From assembly GCA_051294905.1 (NCBI GenBank), contig CM119374.1:23126001-23190000 (forward strand): a DNA stretch of 64,000 nt, given 5' to 3'. The first letter of the stretch is position 1. Each line of letters starts with the position of its first letter. The position numbers and the translations under genes are program-made. The DNA comes from Botryllus schlosseri (Eukaryota). The notes below the pieces were generated by a model. It did not search any database, was not told where the DNA came from, and saw only the letters and a program-made list of their open reading frames with translations. Positions 52,501 to 62,966 of this stretch are shown piece by piece.

Positions 52501-55500
52501 TAATTGCGACCAAGGTAACCGTTTTCTCTATACGTTACGGTATAATCTATAATCCCTATGATGCCACGCAGAATGCCCTCCTGGGAGATTCGGAGTCGGT
52601 TGTGAACAACAGTGTCGATGTGCTGAAGGCATTGATTGCGACCACGCTACCGGTATATGTCAACGGGAATGTCCCATCGGCTTCAGAGGCTCTGACTGTT
52701 CAGAATGTATGTATATAATTTGACGAAATCAATTCCTACATTTCAAATATTCTTACTTTCGCAAGTAATGTTGCACAACGCTGTATTGTACCAGTACCAA
52801 TACCTACCAAGTAAAGGTCTTGCATTTATGTGTTTCCCGTAAATTGTTTTTCCAGCTTGCCACCCCGGCAGTTGGGGTAGGAACTGCTTGGAGGTCTGTC
52901 ATTGCGCTGATGGCAGCGAATGTGACGCGGTGACAGGCGTATGCCGATGCGGCCCTGGAAAAACAGGGGATCACTGCGAGAACGGTGCGAATTTGTGTTC
53001 TTGATCGATATTTCCTTCGAATTACTAACTAACAGTGGTAATATTTAGAGTGCGCGGATGGTACTTACGGTCTTCACTGCGGCATGGCTTGTAACTGTTT
53101 GAACAATGGGGAATGTGACAAAACGACCGGTAGCTGCCGGTGTGTATCAGGATACGGAGGTGCCCGATGTGAAAGCAGTAAGTGGCAACTGCAAATATTA
53201 ACTTGTCATATTATTCATATTACAATAGCGGCTGATTTTCAACAGTAAACTATTATTCAGCTTTCATGTCACTCTATGACTAACGATTGATGGTATTTGT
53301 GTAGGATGCCCGGAAGGACGTTGGGGGAGGGACTGTCGCAATCGGTGCAGCTGTGGAAAGGGTGAATGTGATGCTGTTACTGGAGCGTGCCAATGCCAGC
53401 CTGGTTATGCTGGAAGAAACTGCCAAAGAAGTAAGCTATTGTAAAGGTAGTTTGGTAGAGTGACTGATCAACACAATTTTCAAACTATATTTGATATTTA
53501 CCAAGAAATTGTTAACAATCATGTTTGGTAACGTAAACTGATCGCAGCAACATGAGCATACAAAGTCTTTTTTGAATCATTCTAGAACAGGGGTGGGCAA
53601 ACTTTTGAGCTCGCGGGCCGCATTCAACATCTGAATCCATTCGCGGGCCGCACTATATAAAATTGGGATTATAAACCAAAACGCAATATTGGTATTTGAT
53701 TATATAGTGAGGATATTAAGATAGTATATGTGCTTTGTTGATATCGTACACGCGTCAGAAACATAGTCGCAAGATTTCATTGGCTGGCTGGCCGATCTCA
53801 ATAACCAATTTGTCAAAACTATTGAGATGAAAGTCGGTTATCCCGATTTTTAGAACAGGATTGAAATTTAAATCTGTGAGCAACGATCTGTTCATAGATT
53901 TACTGATTCCACTTTTGCCTAAATTCCAAAAAACACAATGCTGACAGCACCATAACCATGTTTGCTTCAAACACGCAGGTGTAGATAGAATATTAATACC
54001 CCAATTATACGCATACACAGAACGAATGTGCCTCTAAGACTCGAGCGAATCGTTTTTTATACGCGCATCCCTGAAATAATTAAAACAGGAGTAGCCAATC
54101 TGAAATCTCACTCGCGATCCGAGTTATGTCAATCTCGTTTAGGATTTCTGTTATGTTTAGCAGTTGAAACCTTTTAAACTGTGTGGGCCTTGAGATCGGG
54201 CTGTCGCGCAGCAAAATTAAACATAAAAAATAATATAGGAAGTATTAACCTTGGAACAGTGGTTCTCAAACTTTTTAAGACACGCCCCCCCCCCCTTATG
54301 ATGGTGAAAGATTGCGCGCATCCCTCATCGTCATATCACAAAACGCAGCCAGGATGCAAGCAAAGCTAATGGATAGTTTGATGACATGGAAGGTTACGAC
54401 TGTGGATGAGAGATTTGAAAATGTGAAATTGATACTTAATACAGAGCAAAAACGCTGAATTGTATGTAAATCGCGCGTAGCGCGAAAATTTTTTCAGTTG
54501 AGCTTAGATTAACGCCCCCTTCACACGCCCCCAAGGGGGTACCCGCAGTTTGAGAACCACTGAATTATCATGCTGAAATATACTAAGAAAAAGTTTAATC
54601 GAGTCCCTGCATTATTTCGATTTTTAGTACGCATTTTATCAATATTTAAAAAAAGTCTCTTTAGACTCTCGCGGGCCGCACAGAACGGTCTTGCGGGCCG
54701 TAGTTTGCCCACCCCTGGTCTAGAACAATAGGTTAACATATATGGATTAAATGGCCTATTTTGCAGCGGGTGCGAAGTCGAGGAGGTGTGTGTTATGGAA
54801 ACACGCTTTAAGGTGGTTTCAGAATAGTCTAGCCGTGATCCGACCATTTTAATGTATGTGGGAGTGGGACAAACCCGCCCTTACTGCTGCATCTGATAAT
54901 GAACTTACGAGGATGATAATGATGATACGAGTCGTCAGCTCAAACATAACATACAACCCTCTCTGCACTTAGCATGCGGATACGGATTCTGGGGAATGAA
55001 CTGCGCCGACCGCTGTGATTGCGAAAATGGAGAATTCTGCGATCCAATTGATGGCGAATGTAACTGCGCACCAGGATGGAAAGGAAGAAGATGCGATCAA
55101 TGTAGGTTCCGTTTGAGTTCTGCGGATTCCTGAAGATGCTATAACGAATATTCCTATACTCGCTTAATACTATTAATTCATGCATCGATATTGTGCTGTT
55201 CATCCGAAAGTTCAGTATATCAGGACCAACACTATAGATCCCCGATGTCACATTGGCAGCAAACTATAGTATCATTCAATTGATATCGCTACACTATGAA
55301 CTACAGCAAGTTCGCCTGCAATCAATGGATAAATATGTGGATGTCGTCAGCCATGTCGTGATACCGCCGTAATTGGCGTAGTAGTTGATGACATCGCATG
55401 CGACAACAAACTCATACATGCATCAGCATGAACTCGGGTGTTGCTTATTGAACAACACATATACCCTCCTTGATAATTAGGCCGCTCCTTCAGATTAGAT

Positions 55501-58500
55501 ATTATTCCGATTCCAGTGTATACGTCTTTAGAACTCTCTTCGATAAGCCTTAAAAACGGATTTGCTGTCGCGTCTAATCCTATTCTAAGTGTGATATATA
55601 TCTTTTACAGCGTGTCCGCCCGGATTTTATGGCGCTCAATGCTCCCAGGAATGCTTGTGCGGAAACGGCGCATCCTGCGATCACGTCAGCGGTGCGTGTA
55701 CGTGTGCTGACGGCTGGATCGGAACCTTTTGTGAAAAACGTGAGATATCGACATGCTTTAATCGGCTTAGGCTGTTACCTAGAACGGGCGTGTTTTTCGC
55801 GTTTAGCTTGCCCTGGTGGTTACTTTGGAGAGGAGTGTAGACATATTTGCGTTTGTGGAAACGGCGCCAAGTGCCACCACGTCACTGGAAAATGCACATG
55901 CCCAGCTGGATGGGTTGGCGAAGCGTGCAATCAGAGTAAGTTATCCGATTAACGCGAGATAGAGTTACTGTTACCCCTAGGTGTGCTGTTGTTAATCAAC
56001 ACATCGCCGTTAATTATGAAACGTAGATCGGCAATCTTCAAACGCCAACCGACGACGTATAAATACTGACCTTCGATTTTAAAGGTAGTTTTGCATACCC
56101 CTCTTTGCGTTTAGAATGCGAATCCGGGCATTGGGGAGCTAACTGCACGCGATCGTGTGACTGCGAAAACGGCGCCAAATGTGATCACGTGACTGGACGT
56201 TGTCTGTGTCCGCCTGGATACGACGGTGCGCAATGCACTCGAAGTAAGCGTGATTGTGCCATTTTCATATCCAATAAACATTAACGGCCGTGTTTGTTAT
56301 TCAAGACTGCCCGACTGGATTCTATGGCGCAAACTGCGCAGAGAGGTGCTTTTGCAGGAATTCGGGCACTTGCGATTCTGTGACTGGACATTGCACATGC
56401 ACGCCCGGTTGGACCGGAATAGCTTGTGAACAGGGTATGTTTCTCGCTCAACTGTAGGAAATTATGAAACACGGACTTCCATTCTGAATCCGATTCTCAA
56501 TTTCTAGAATGTTCCGAAGGGAAATTTGGATCAGGCTGCGAAACTGTGTGTGCATGCAGAAACGGGGGAGCATGCTCACCCGTGACAGGAGAATGCAGTT
56601 GCGCCCCAGGGTGGAGAGGAAGTGACTGTAGCGAAGGTATGTCTCGTACCTCTGTACGCATCCATCATATATCTCCAAAATATCTATCAATCAAACTATG
56701 GCGTATCTACAAGTTTGAATCATGTCGCTGCAAACGGCGTCTTATACACATATAACAGTATGGCAACATTTTTATGCGTTAGCTAACAACCTATTGCTAA
56801 CCCGAAACCTTACGCATAGCGTGCATGTGACACGGACTTTTGCACCTCAAGTTACTCTTTGTGATGTAGTAAATATATGATTGACTTTATCAATTGCTAT
56901 GACATATGGTTCTGTGTATATGTATAGGCTAAACTGTTCTGCCCGTCGTCATTTAGCGCACCTGTAAAAACAAGCGCGCATTCTCCGCGCTACTCATATC
57001 ACGGAGCATTTGGAACTAATGTGACAATGTGTCAATACCTCGATGTAAGTTCGCCACCTGCGTCACGGGATGGGGTGTGGTATGCCTGCACTCATGTGAA
57101 ACTTACACAATAATATACAAGCGCGATATTTATATATCTATAAGCCTTATTTGTAGGCTACCTAGCTCAAGGGATTTAGATTTTTGTGTATTTCAATAAT
57201 GTACAGTACGTCAGTACATTCCTGATGACAACACTTGCCTTCTCCTTTTACATTGCTATGATAAAAGTAAAATTGCTCATAACGGGCCAGGATTATGCTA
57301 TAAAGAGCGCTCCTTCCAATGCAAATATCCGCGCCGGTCGCATATTACTAATGGAGCATGTTATTTTAAGCATGTCCAAATGGAACTTACGGAGAATCGT
57401 GCAGAGAAAAATGCAACTGCGAAAACTCGGACGGGTGTAATCACATCTCCGGGCAATGCCACTGCAATCGTGGATGGAGAGGGGACAAATGCGAGCGGCC
57501 TTGCCTGCCAGGATACTTTGGACGAGACTGCCTTGAACGATGCTCATGCGCCGCGGGCAAACCTTGTCATCACGTGACCGGACAATGTGCATGCGCACCA
57601 GGTTTCACCGGATCCGGATGCCAGCTAAGTATGAGCATCCAAGGATTTCATATTTCAAAATGCTGATTTTGTGATCGGTTGTGCAGAATGTACCAACGGA
57701 CGATACGGAATCAACTGCGAAAACACATGTACTTGCTCCGAAAACACGTACTGCGATTCCGTCACCGGATCGTGTATATGCAGACCTGGTTACAGAGGGC
57801 GAGCATGTCAAATAGGTAATATATCGTTGGAATACTACAGAACGCAGACTATGGAATTCGAAGATAATGTGTAGAGCAGTCTGTTGTATGTATAGGGGGG
57901 AGGGGGGTGCTTCTCGGCTAACTCAGGCCTTTTGCACCATGCCTTTTTTGTTCAATATATGGATAATATAATGGACAATATAACAAAGTCTAACAGTGAT
58001 TGTAGCGTGTGAGGACTTTTCAATAGCGAAATAAGCGAAAGTGGAATATTATGTCTATGTGCGGATTGTATTAGGTGGACCCTGGCGCGATCGTAGCGAT
58101 TGCATGAAGTAACAAAATGCTCAAGCGTCTCTAGTTGACTACACGTGTCGCAGTCTGTTGTGTAGAGGCAACAGAATATACGCACGCCAGACAGCTAATG
58201 TATTGTACATAGTAGGCTAATGGTGTATGTCAGTATGTGTACACCGTGAACACTGAACACTGTTAACAGATACTGAATTATTGTTTCATTTCGCGATAAT
58301 AATCCTAAAAGAAATGGCATTATACAGACGGTGGTTGTTTATTATTAAAAACCCGTGTCCTCTTGAATTCAGGATGCGGTCCCGGCAGGTATGGAGAAGA
58401 CTGCGAGAAAAGATGCCAATGTCAAAACGGCGCCAGGTGTGATCCGGTACACGGAAGCTGCAGCTGTCGGCCTGGATTCATCGGAGCCTTCTGCGAAGAA

Positions 58501-61500
58501 GGTAGGATCGCTTCACCATTGCTGCTAACTCATGTGAAATTAATGCTGAATTCCGCACCTAGCGTGTCCAACCGGATACTATGGTGACGGGTGCTCGCTG
58601 AAATGCAACTGCACGAGACACGGCGCGTGCGATGCGGCATCCGGACTGTGTCTGTCCAACACGCAATGCCCGGCTGGCAAGACAGGGGAAGGGTGCCTAC
58701 ATGGTGGGTATAAACATGTCTCGTTTTGATTAAGGCCGAGTAAAATCAAGATCCTGAGTGATTTAATTCTGAATCGAGTATAAATCTTTGTGCCGAGTAG
58801 TCGAGAATCGCTCATTTTAACGATATATCAGTATGAATGACGCGAAAGTTGAAATATGATCCTTTCATGCGACCGCGCACTTCGTGACTACGTTGTAAGT
58901 TGGTCACGACTTCACATATATGCCATTTCTTTTATTATGCATAGCTTTGTATCGCGTGATCGATTGTTCGTATGCTGCATTACGACCTATGGGGGTTTCA
59001 AGGCTTTCACAGTGGAAACTGGTATCGAAACTATATATTCACTCTTAGTGGCATGGAGCGTATATTTCCATTACTCAGAATCATTTACCACAACTCGAGT
59101 CAATCATCAGATTCTAGTAGTCCGATCATTGTGCCCAGCCGCAATGTCGCGATGTCTCACTGACAAACATATATACATTAAAGGTTGCAGTCAAGGAACT
59201 TGGGGCGAAGGGTGTCGGCGAACTAGCAGCTGCCAGAACGGTGCTGTAACAAATCCAGAGAACGGAGAATGCCAGTGTACTTTAGGTTGGACTGGGGAGC
59301 TGTGCGATCAGGGTTTGTGCGAATCATTTTCAATTCAGCAGCGTATCGCATACGTGACTCCTGATATATTTAGAATGCCCGCAAGGAAGTTGGGGCCCCG
59401 GCTGCGAACACGAATGCTCATGTAACAACAAAGGGGAATGCGATCGACTTACCGGATGCTGCACATGTTCCGCCGGGTTTTACGGACAAAACTGTCAATA
59501 CGGTTAGTGTCTGAACAGTGGTGGCCCTACGAACGGGGGGGGGGCATGGGCGAGACTTACCGGGGGGCCCTATAAGTATCTATCCGTAACTTCTGGGGAG
59601 CTCCACCCCCCTTACGCATCGGTTATTATTATCTATCTTTCACCACCACAAAGGTTTGCCCAGGTGCTGGATTCGGCCATGTCTATGTTGCAGGTGTGTA
59701 AGGATAGACTACATCAAAACTATTTAATTCTACCGCATGCAGAGACGTGATGATTATCGGGATACGGGACTATTCTAACAAATGCAGTGATTTGATGATG
59801 ATTGACACATGTGTACGGAATCATATTCTTGCTTGGTGCGCGGATTTCCATGTTTATTCGTCATTCTCCTTAAAAAAATCGCAAAATCCAAATAGGGGGG
59901 CCTTCGACCAGGGGGGGAGCCCGGGCGACCACCCTCCTCGCCCACCCCAAAAGCCACCACTGTGTCTGAACTCGAGTCAAGTCAAGTAATTAAGAACAAT
60001 GCTCTATTACTTATTTGCATTGTACAGAGGTGGTCAGTAACGACATACTTCCTATTTATGTAATATAGGTATCGCCTAATTTGACCACTAGCTCAAATTG
60101 TAATGTTCCAGGCTGCTTCCACTTCGATTTAGTGGTTTTCAGGCGGCAAGACCACTTTCGTTATACGCTTCGAATGGTGTAAAGTAGAAAGCTGTTTTAG
60201 GATATGTTGCAATTTGTTGCATCACATTTGCGAGTTCGATTTTCATACAAACTGTACGGAATAGCCCCTGTATCACCGTAAGTGAATGTATTTATGAAAT
60301 CGCACCCGTAAGCAATGTCATTAGTGAGATTTATCATTCTCAGAGAATCGTGATTAAATACCACCTGTCTATAGGTCATGTTCGAAGCGATATTAACTTT
60401 TCGCAGGGTTGTATAATGTATACAGCAGTGATGAGCGGATTTGGAATTTCTATGTCCTAATCCAATCCAAATCCGAAGCTTCAAATCCTAATCCAAATCC
60501 TAATCCAGAACTTTTGTATATTCAAGTCCATGTCCAATCCTAATCAGATTGCAACTTGAAATTCAGAAAAAATGCTAATTTGTGCAAGGGAGGAATTGAG
60601 AATTTTACTTTCACAGCCACCATTTCTCTTGATTTACGATAACTTGGCATGTGGCTGCACCTCTCATGCTCATTGGCATCGAGTGTATACCTGTGTACCA
60701 TAAGTACATTAATAACTGATCTGAATAAAGTTTGTCGCCATTCGTCACGCGACATATCAATCTCCCTGAATATCGGTCAATCCAATCCTAATCCGTTCAG
60801 AAAAAAATCTCTAATCCTAATCCAATCCAAATCCGACAAAATTTCACAAATCCTGATTTTTCAAAACCTGATCCTAATCCATGCTCATCTCTGGTATACA
60901 GACCCCGCTTCGAATTTCCCACAATTTCCATTTCCATTTAAATAACACTTCGCGCGGAGCCTCTCTGCTACGTTGGAAGAATGTTCGGAATTGAGGGCTC
61001 CGGTTACGTTTGTTTAAACTCCTCGTATTGTTATTTCAGAATGCCCTGCCGGCTTCTTCGGCGTTGGATGTACGAAAGCTTGCGATTGTTTGAACGGCGC
61101 TGAATGCGACGGAGAAACGGGACAATGCCTTTGTCGCGCCGGCTGGAGTGGTGCCAATTGCGAAACAGGTAAACTAGTCAAATCAAACCTCTCAACGGCA
61201 GGCATTGGCATATATACTTACATTCAGCTTGTCCTCCTGGAAGTTACGAAGCTGGGTGCGTGAAGACTTGCAATTGCGGCGAAAACGAAGAATGCAACGC
61301 GGAGACTGGAGAATGCTTCTGCCCGCCGGGATATTTCGGTCCCAACTGCGCACAAGGTATATAGAATACACAATACATACGCATGACTCCACTAACCAAG
61401 TTAGATACGCCATTCGTGTCACATAGCTCAATTCCAACGGGCTAATGGCATCTTTTACACCGCCTAATTTTCGAATGCGACACTGCTAAGTCAACTGTTA

Positions 61501-62966
61501 TTATAACTATGTCACGACTCACGATATAACTCCAAATTTCCATCCTGTCTACCACCGTAACTGTGGGAGGAATCAACTATAAGTGAATTTAGCTACTATA
61601 TCATAGGCGGCGGACTCTGTAAAGCGGTATATTCACCAGGGCTGTAACCAAGTCACAAGGTTCCGAGTCACAAGTCAATCTCACTTTTATAATTTTGACT
61701 CGAGTCAAGTCGAGTCATTTTCAATTCACCACCGAGTCAAGTCCAAGTCAGCGAGCAAAGGGTCGAGTCCGACTCCGAGTCATGGTATTATGACTCGAGT
61801 CCGAGTCCAAGTCATTGTGTTGACTGCTCAGTTTCCAGTTAAAGTCTTGTTAAACCCACTTTTTATAACTCTGTTTGGTGATATCGAATGGTTCGCATTT
61901 ATAATATACTAATTTTCCTCACTTTTAGCAGTTTCTGACCGCATTTTAAAGTACCAGTATAATAGACGAAATCCCAATAGTGTGGTTACTTTATACTATT
62001 CTTCGAAATTACAATGAAATGTCGGTCTTGACCGTCTAAGTCCCGAGTCGTATGACTTGGTTCGAGTCACGCGCAATGACTCGAGTCCAAGTCGAGTCAA
62101 ATAATCAGATTGACTCGAGTCGAGTCATTTCCGTATTTTGAGAAAATCGTGACTCGAGTCATTACAACCCTGCTTTGCAGTGTGAAATCTAGGATATTTT
62201 CCAGTGATATACGAACTGTCATGATTACGTCATGATATATCAGTGACGTAACGATATTGTTCAAAAACTTCCCTATACCTTACCCCTCTATATCCAAATT
62301 TTCATCTGGACTAACACGAGTACCACTGGGTAAATTATTATACCATAGGCAGCGGAGAAGTGATTTTGACTCAATAAACTGTTGTATGCAGTGCCAAATC
62401 CAAGATACGCGGATAATGACAATGTCTCCTAATTATGATACCCTATTTTAGTTTGCACAACTGGAAAATATGGACCAAACTGCGCGTTCTCCTGTTCGTG
62501 TGCAAGAGGGGCAGTTTGCGACCCCGCTTCCGGCAGCTGCACTTGTCGCGAGGGGTGGTACGGAGCCACATGTAGCGAAGGGGATAGGTTATTGCCTCCA
62601 GAAATTACAACAACTACCACAACCACTACTACAACGACAACAACCACCACTGTCCCGACTACGACTACCACAACAACCGCCGAAACGACTACAACATCAA
62701 CACGACCCACTACCACAAGGTCTACTATTCGCCCACGATTCGTAACAAGGCCTGTCAAAATACTTACAAGGAAGCCGGTAAGACTTTTGGAAGAACCAAA
62801 GAAAGTACCGGTGGCAAACGCGGCCTTCACAAGTCGATCTAGGATTTTCAGCCACCGGGCTCAAGAACTGCGAGCTCGCATTCGGCAAGCCAGCGCTCGG
62901 CGATACTCTGGCCGTTCCAGACTGAACAGGTACTACAGAGGACGAAGGAGGTACTACTCGCAGTAG
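43165..62966 (+). CDS. MEGF6: MEGF6-like secreted multi-EGF protein, 31 coding exons, 1637 aa
   Basis: All 30 introns are GT-AG; exon lengths sum to 4914 nt with consistent phases. Orthology-like markers versus human MEGF6 as I recall it: [12 protein letters not shown] (CYRIEMEIVNSC), [51 protein letters not shown]. No transmembrane segment, unlike MEGF10/11. Confidence 0.88.
45275..45397 (+). CDS. MEGF6: Exon 2: cbEGF
   Basis: [41 protein letters not shown]; AG/GT, 123 nt. Confidence 0.95.
46378..46500 (+). CDS. MEGF6: Exon 3: cbEGF
   Basis: [41 protein letters not shown]; 123 nt. Confidence 0.95.
46861..46986 (+). CDS. MEGF6: Exon 4: EGF
   Basis: [41 protein letters not shown]; 126 nt. 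Confidence 0.95.
48138..48260 (+). CDS. MEGF6: Exon 5: cbEGF
   Basis: [40 protein letters not shown]; 123 nt. Confidence 0.95.
49715..49855 (+). CDS. MEGF6: Exon 6: EGF with MEGF6-typical VEMTVIQS lead-in
   Basis: [47 protein letters not shown]; 141 nt. Confidence 0.95.
50403..50525 (+). CDS. MEGF6: Exon 7: EGF (CC...GCGC variant)
   Basis: [41 protein letters not shown]; 123 nt. Confidence 0.95.
50725..50847 (+). CDS. MEGF6: Exon 8: cbEGF
   Basis: [41 protein letters not shown]; 123 nt. Confidence 0.95.
50910..51087 (+). CDS. MEGF6: Exon 9: Pro-rich Cys-free linker
   Basis: [21 protein letters not shown]...[10 protein letters not shown]; phase 1 to phase 2, required to join exon 10. Confidence 0.8.
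51426..51553 (+). CDS. MEGF6: Exon 10: first laminin-type (MEGF) EGF repeat
   Basis: [42 protein letters not shown]. Confidence 0.95.
52063..52317 (+). CDS. MEGF6: Exon 11: two MEGF repeats
   Basis: [11 protein letters not shown]...[11 protein letters not shown]...GRRCHR; 255 nt. Confidence 0.95.
52380..52514 (+). CDS. MEGF6: Exon 12: MEGF repeat
   Basis: [44 protein letters not shown]; 135 nt. Confidence 0.95.
52572..52706 (+). CDS. MEGF6: Exon 13: MEGF repeat
   Basis: [45 protein letters not shown]; 135 nt. Confidence 0.95.
52856..52984 (+). CDS. MEGF6: Exon 14: MEGF repeat
   Basis: [42 protein letters not shown]; 129 nt. Confidence 0.95.
53049..53177 (+). CDS. MEGF6: Exon 15: MEGF repeat
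   Basis: [42 protein letters not shown]; 129 nt. Confidence 0.95.
53305..53430 (+). CDS. MEGF6: Exon 16: MEGF repeat
   Basis: [41 protein letters not shown]; 126 nt. Confidence 0.95.
53588..54717. mobile_element. hAT MITE family A copy 2 (intronic), with a nested MITE
   Basis: CAGGGGTGGGCAAAC...GTTTGCCCACCCCTG; TSD TTCTAGAA/GTCTAGAA (7/8). Confidence 0.9.
54257..54562. mobile_element. Charlie-like hAT MITE (CAGTGGTTCTCAAAC TIR) nested in family A copy 2
   Basis: Perfect 15-bp TIR CAGTGGTTCTCAAAC/GTTTGAGAACCACTG. Absent at the homologous position of copy 1 (about 19260). TSD not recognisable. Confidence 0.85.
54973..55101 (+). CDS. MEGF6: Exon 17: MEGF repeat
   Basis: [42 protein letters not shown]; 129 nt. 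Confidence 0.95.
55611..55739 (+). CDS. MEGF6: Exon 18: MEGF repeat
   Basis: [42 protein letters not shown]; 129 nt. Confidence 0.95.
55807..55935 (+). CDS. MEGF6: Exon 19: MEGF repeat
   Basis: [42 protein letters not shown]; 129 nt. Confidence 0.95.
56115..56243 (+). CDS. MEGF6: Exon 20: MEGF repeat
   Basis: [42 protein letters not shown]; 129 nt. Confidence 0.95.
56306..56434 (+). CDS. MEGF6: Exon 21: MEGF repeat
   Basis: [42 protein letters not shown]; 129 nt. Confidence 0.95.
56508..56636 (+). CDS. MEGF6: Exon 22: MEGF repeat
   Basis: [42 protein letters not shown]; 129 nt. Confidence 0.95.
57371..57628 (+). CDS. MEGF6: Exon 23: two MEGF repeats (contains RGD)
   Basis: [10 protein letters not shown]...[20 protein letters not shown]...GSGCQL; 258 nt. 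Confidence 0.95.
57687..57815 (+). CDS. MEGF6: Exon 24: MEGF repeat
   Basis: [42 protein letters not shown]; 129 nt. Confidence 0.95.
   Translation, partial: NVPTDDTESTAKTHVLAPKTRTAIPSPDRVYADLVTEGEHVK
58373..58501 (+). CDS. MEGF6: Exon 25: MEGF repeat
   Basis: [42 protein letters not shown]; 129 nt. Confidence 0.95.
58563..58703 (+). CDS. MEGF6: Exon 26: MEGF repeat with a 4-aa insertion
   Basis: [46 protein letters not shown]; 141 nt. Confidence 0.92.
59184..59312 (+). CDS. MEGF6: Exon 27: 6-Cys variant MEGF repeat
   Basis: [42 protein letters not shown]; 129 nt. Confidence 0.92.
59374..59502 (+). CDS. MEGF6: Exon 28: MEGF repeat
   Basis: [42 protein letters not shown]; 129 nt. Confidence 0.95.
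59516..59962. mobile_element. hAT-type MITE (CAGTGGTGGC TIR), 447 bp, intronic
   Basis: TIR CAGTGGTGGC/GCCACCACTG; perfect TSD TGTCTGAA (59508-59515, 59963-59970); G/C-run subterminal regions. Confidence 0.9.
60426..60893. mobile_element. hAT-type MITE with AATCC arrays, 468 bp, intronic
   Basis: TIR CAGTGATGAGC/GCTCATCTCTG; perfect TSD GTATACAG (60418-60425, 60894-60901). Confidence 0.9.
61040..61168 (+). CDS. MEGF6: Exon 29: MEGF repeat
   Basis: [42 protein letters not shown]; 129 nt. Confidence 0.95.
61228..61356 (+). CDS. MEGF6: Exon 30: MEGF repeat
   Basis: [42 protein letters not shown]; 129 nt. Confidence 0.95.
61636..62172. mobile_element. hAT-type MITE family C (GACTCGAGTC arrays), intronic
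   Basis: Ends CAGGGCTGTAAC / ATTACAACCCTG; homologous to 26979-27660 in inverted orientation; TSD not recognisable. Confidence 0.85.
62452..62966 (+). CDS. MEGF6: Exon 31: last MEGF repeat + Thr-rich stalk + Arg/Tyr-rich tail, stop TAG
   Basis: [11 protein letters not shown]...GATCSE runs in frame, with no GT donor at the usual module end, into [13 protein letters not shown]... and ends [21 protein letters not shown] (TAG 62964-62966). Confidence 0.85.

Noticed and set aside
58856-59425. 189-aa ORF as one long exon
   Set aside because: Only 59184-59312 has EGF character and splice sites; the rest is intron read-through.
62429-62830. Poly-Val minus-strand ORF
   Set aside because: It is the antisense shadow of the Thr-rich coding segment.
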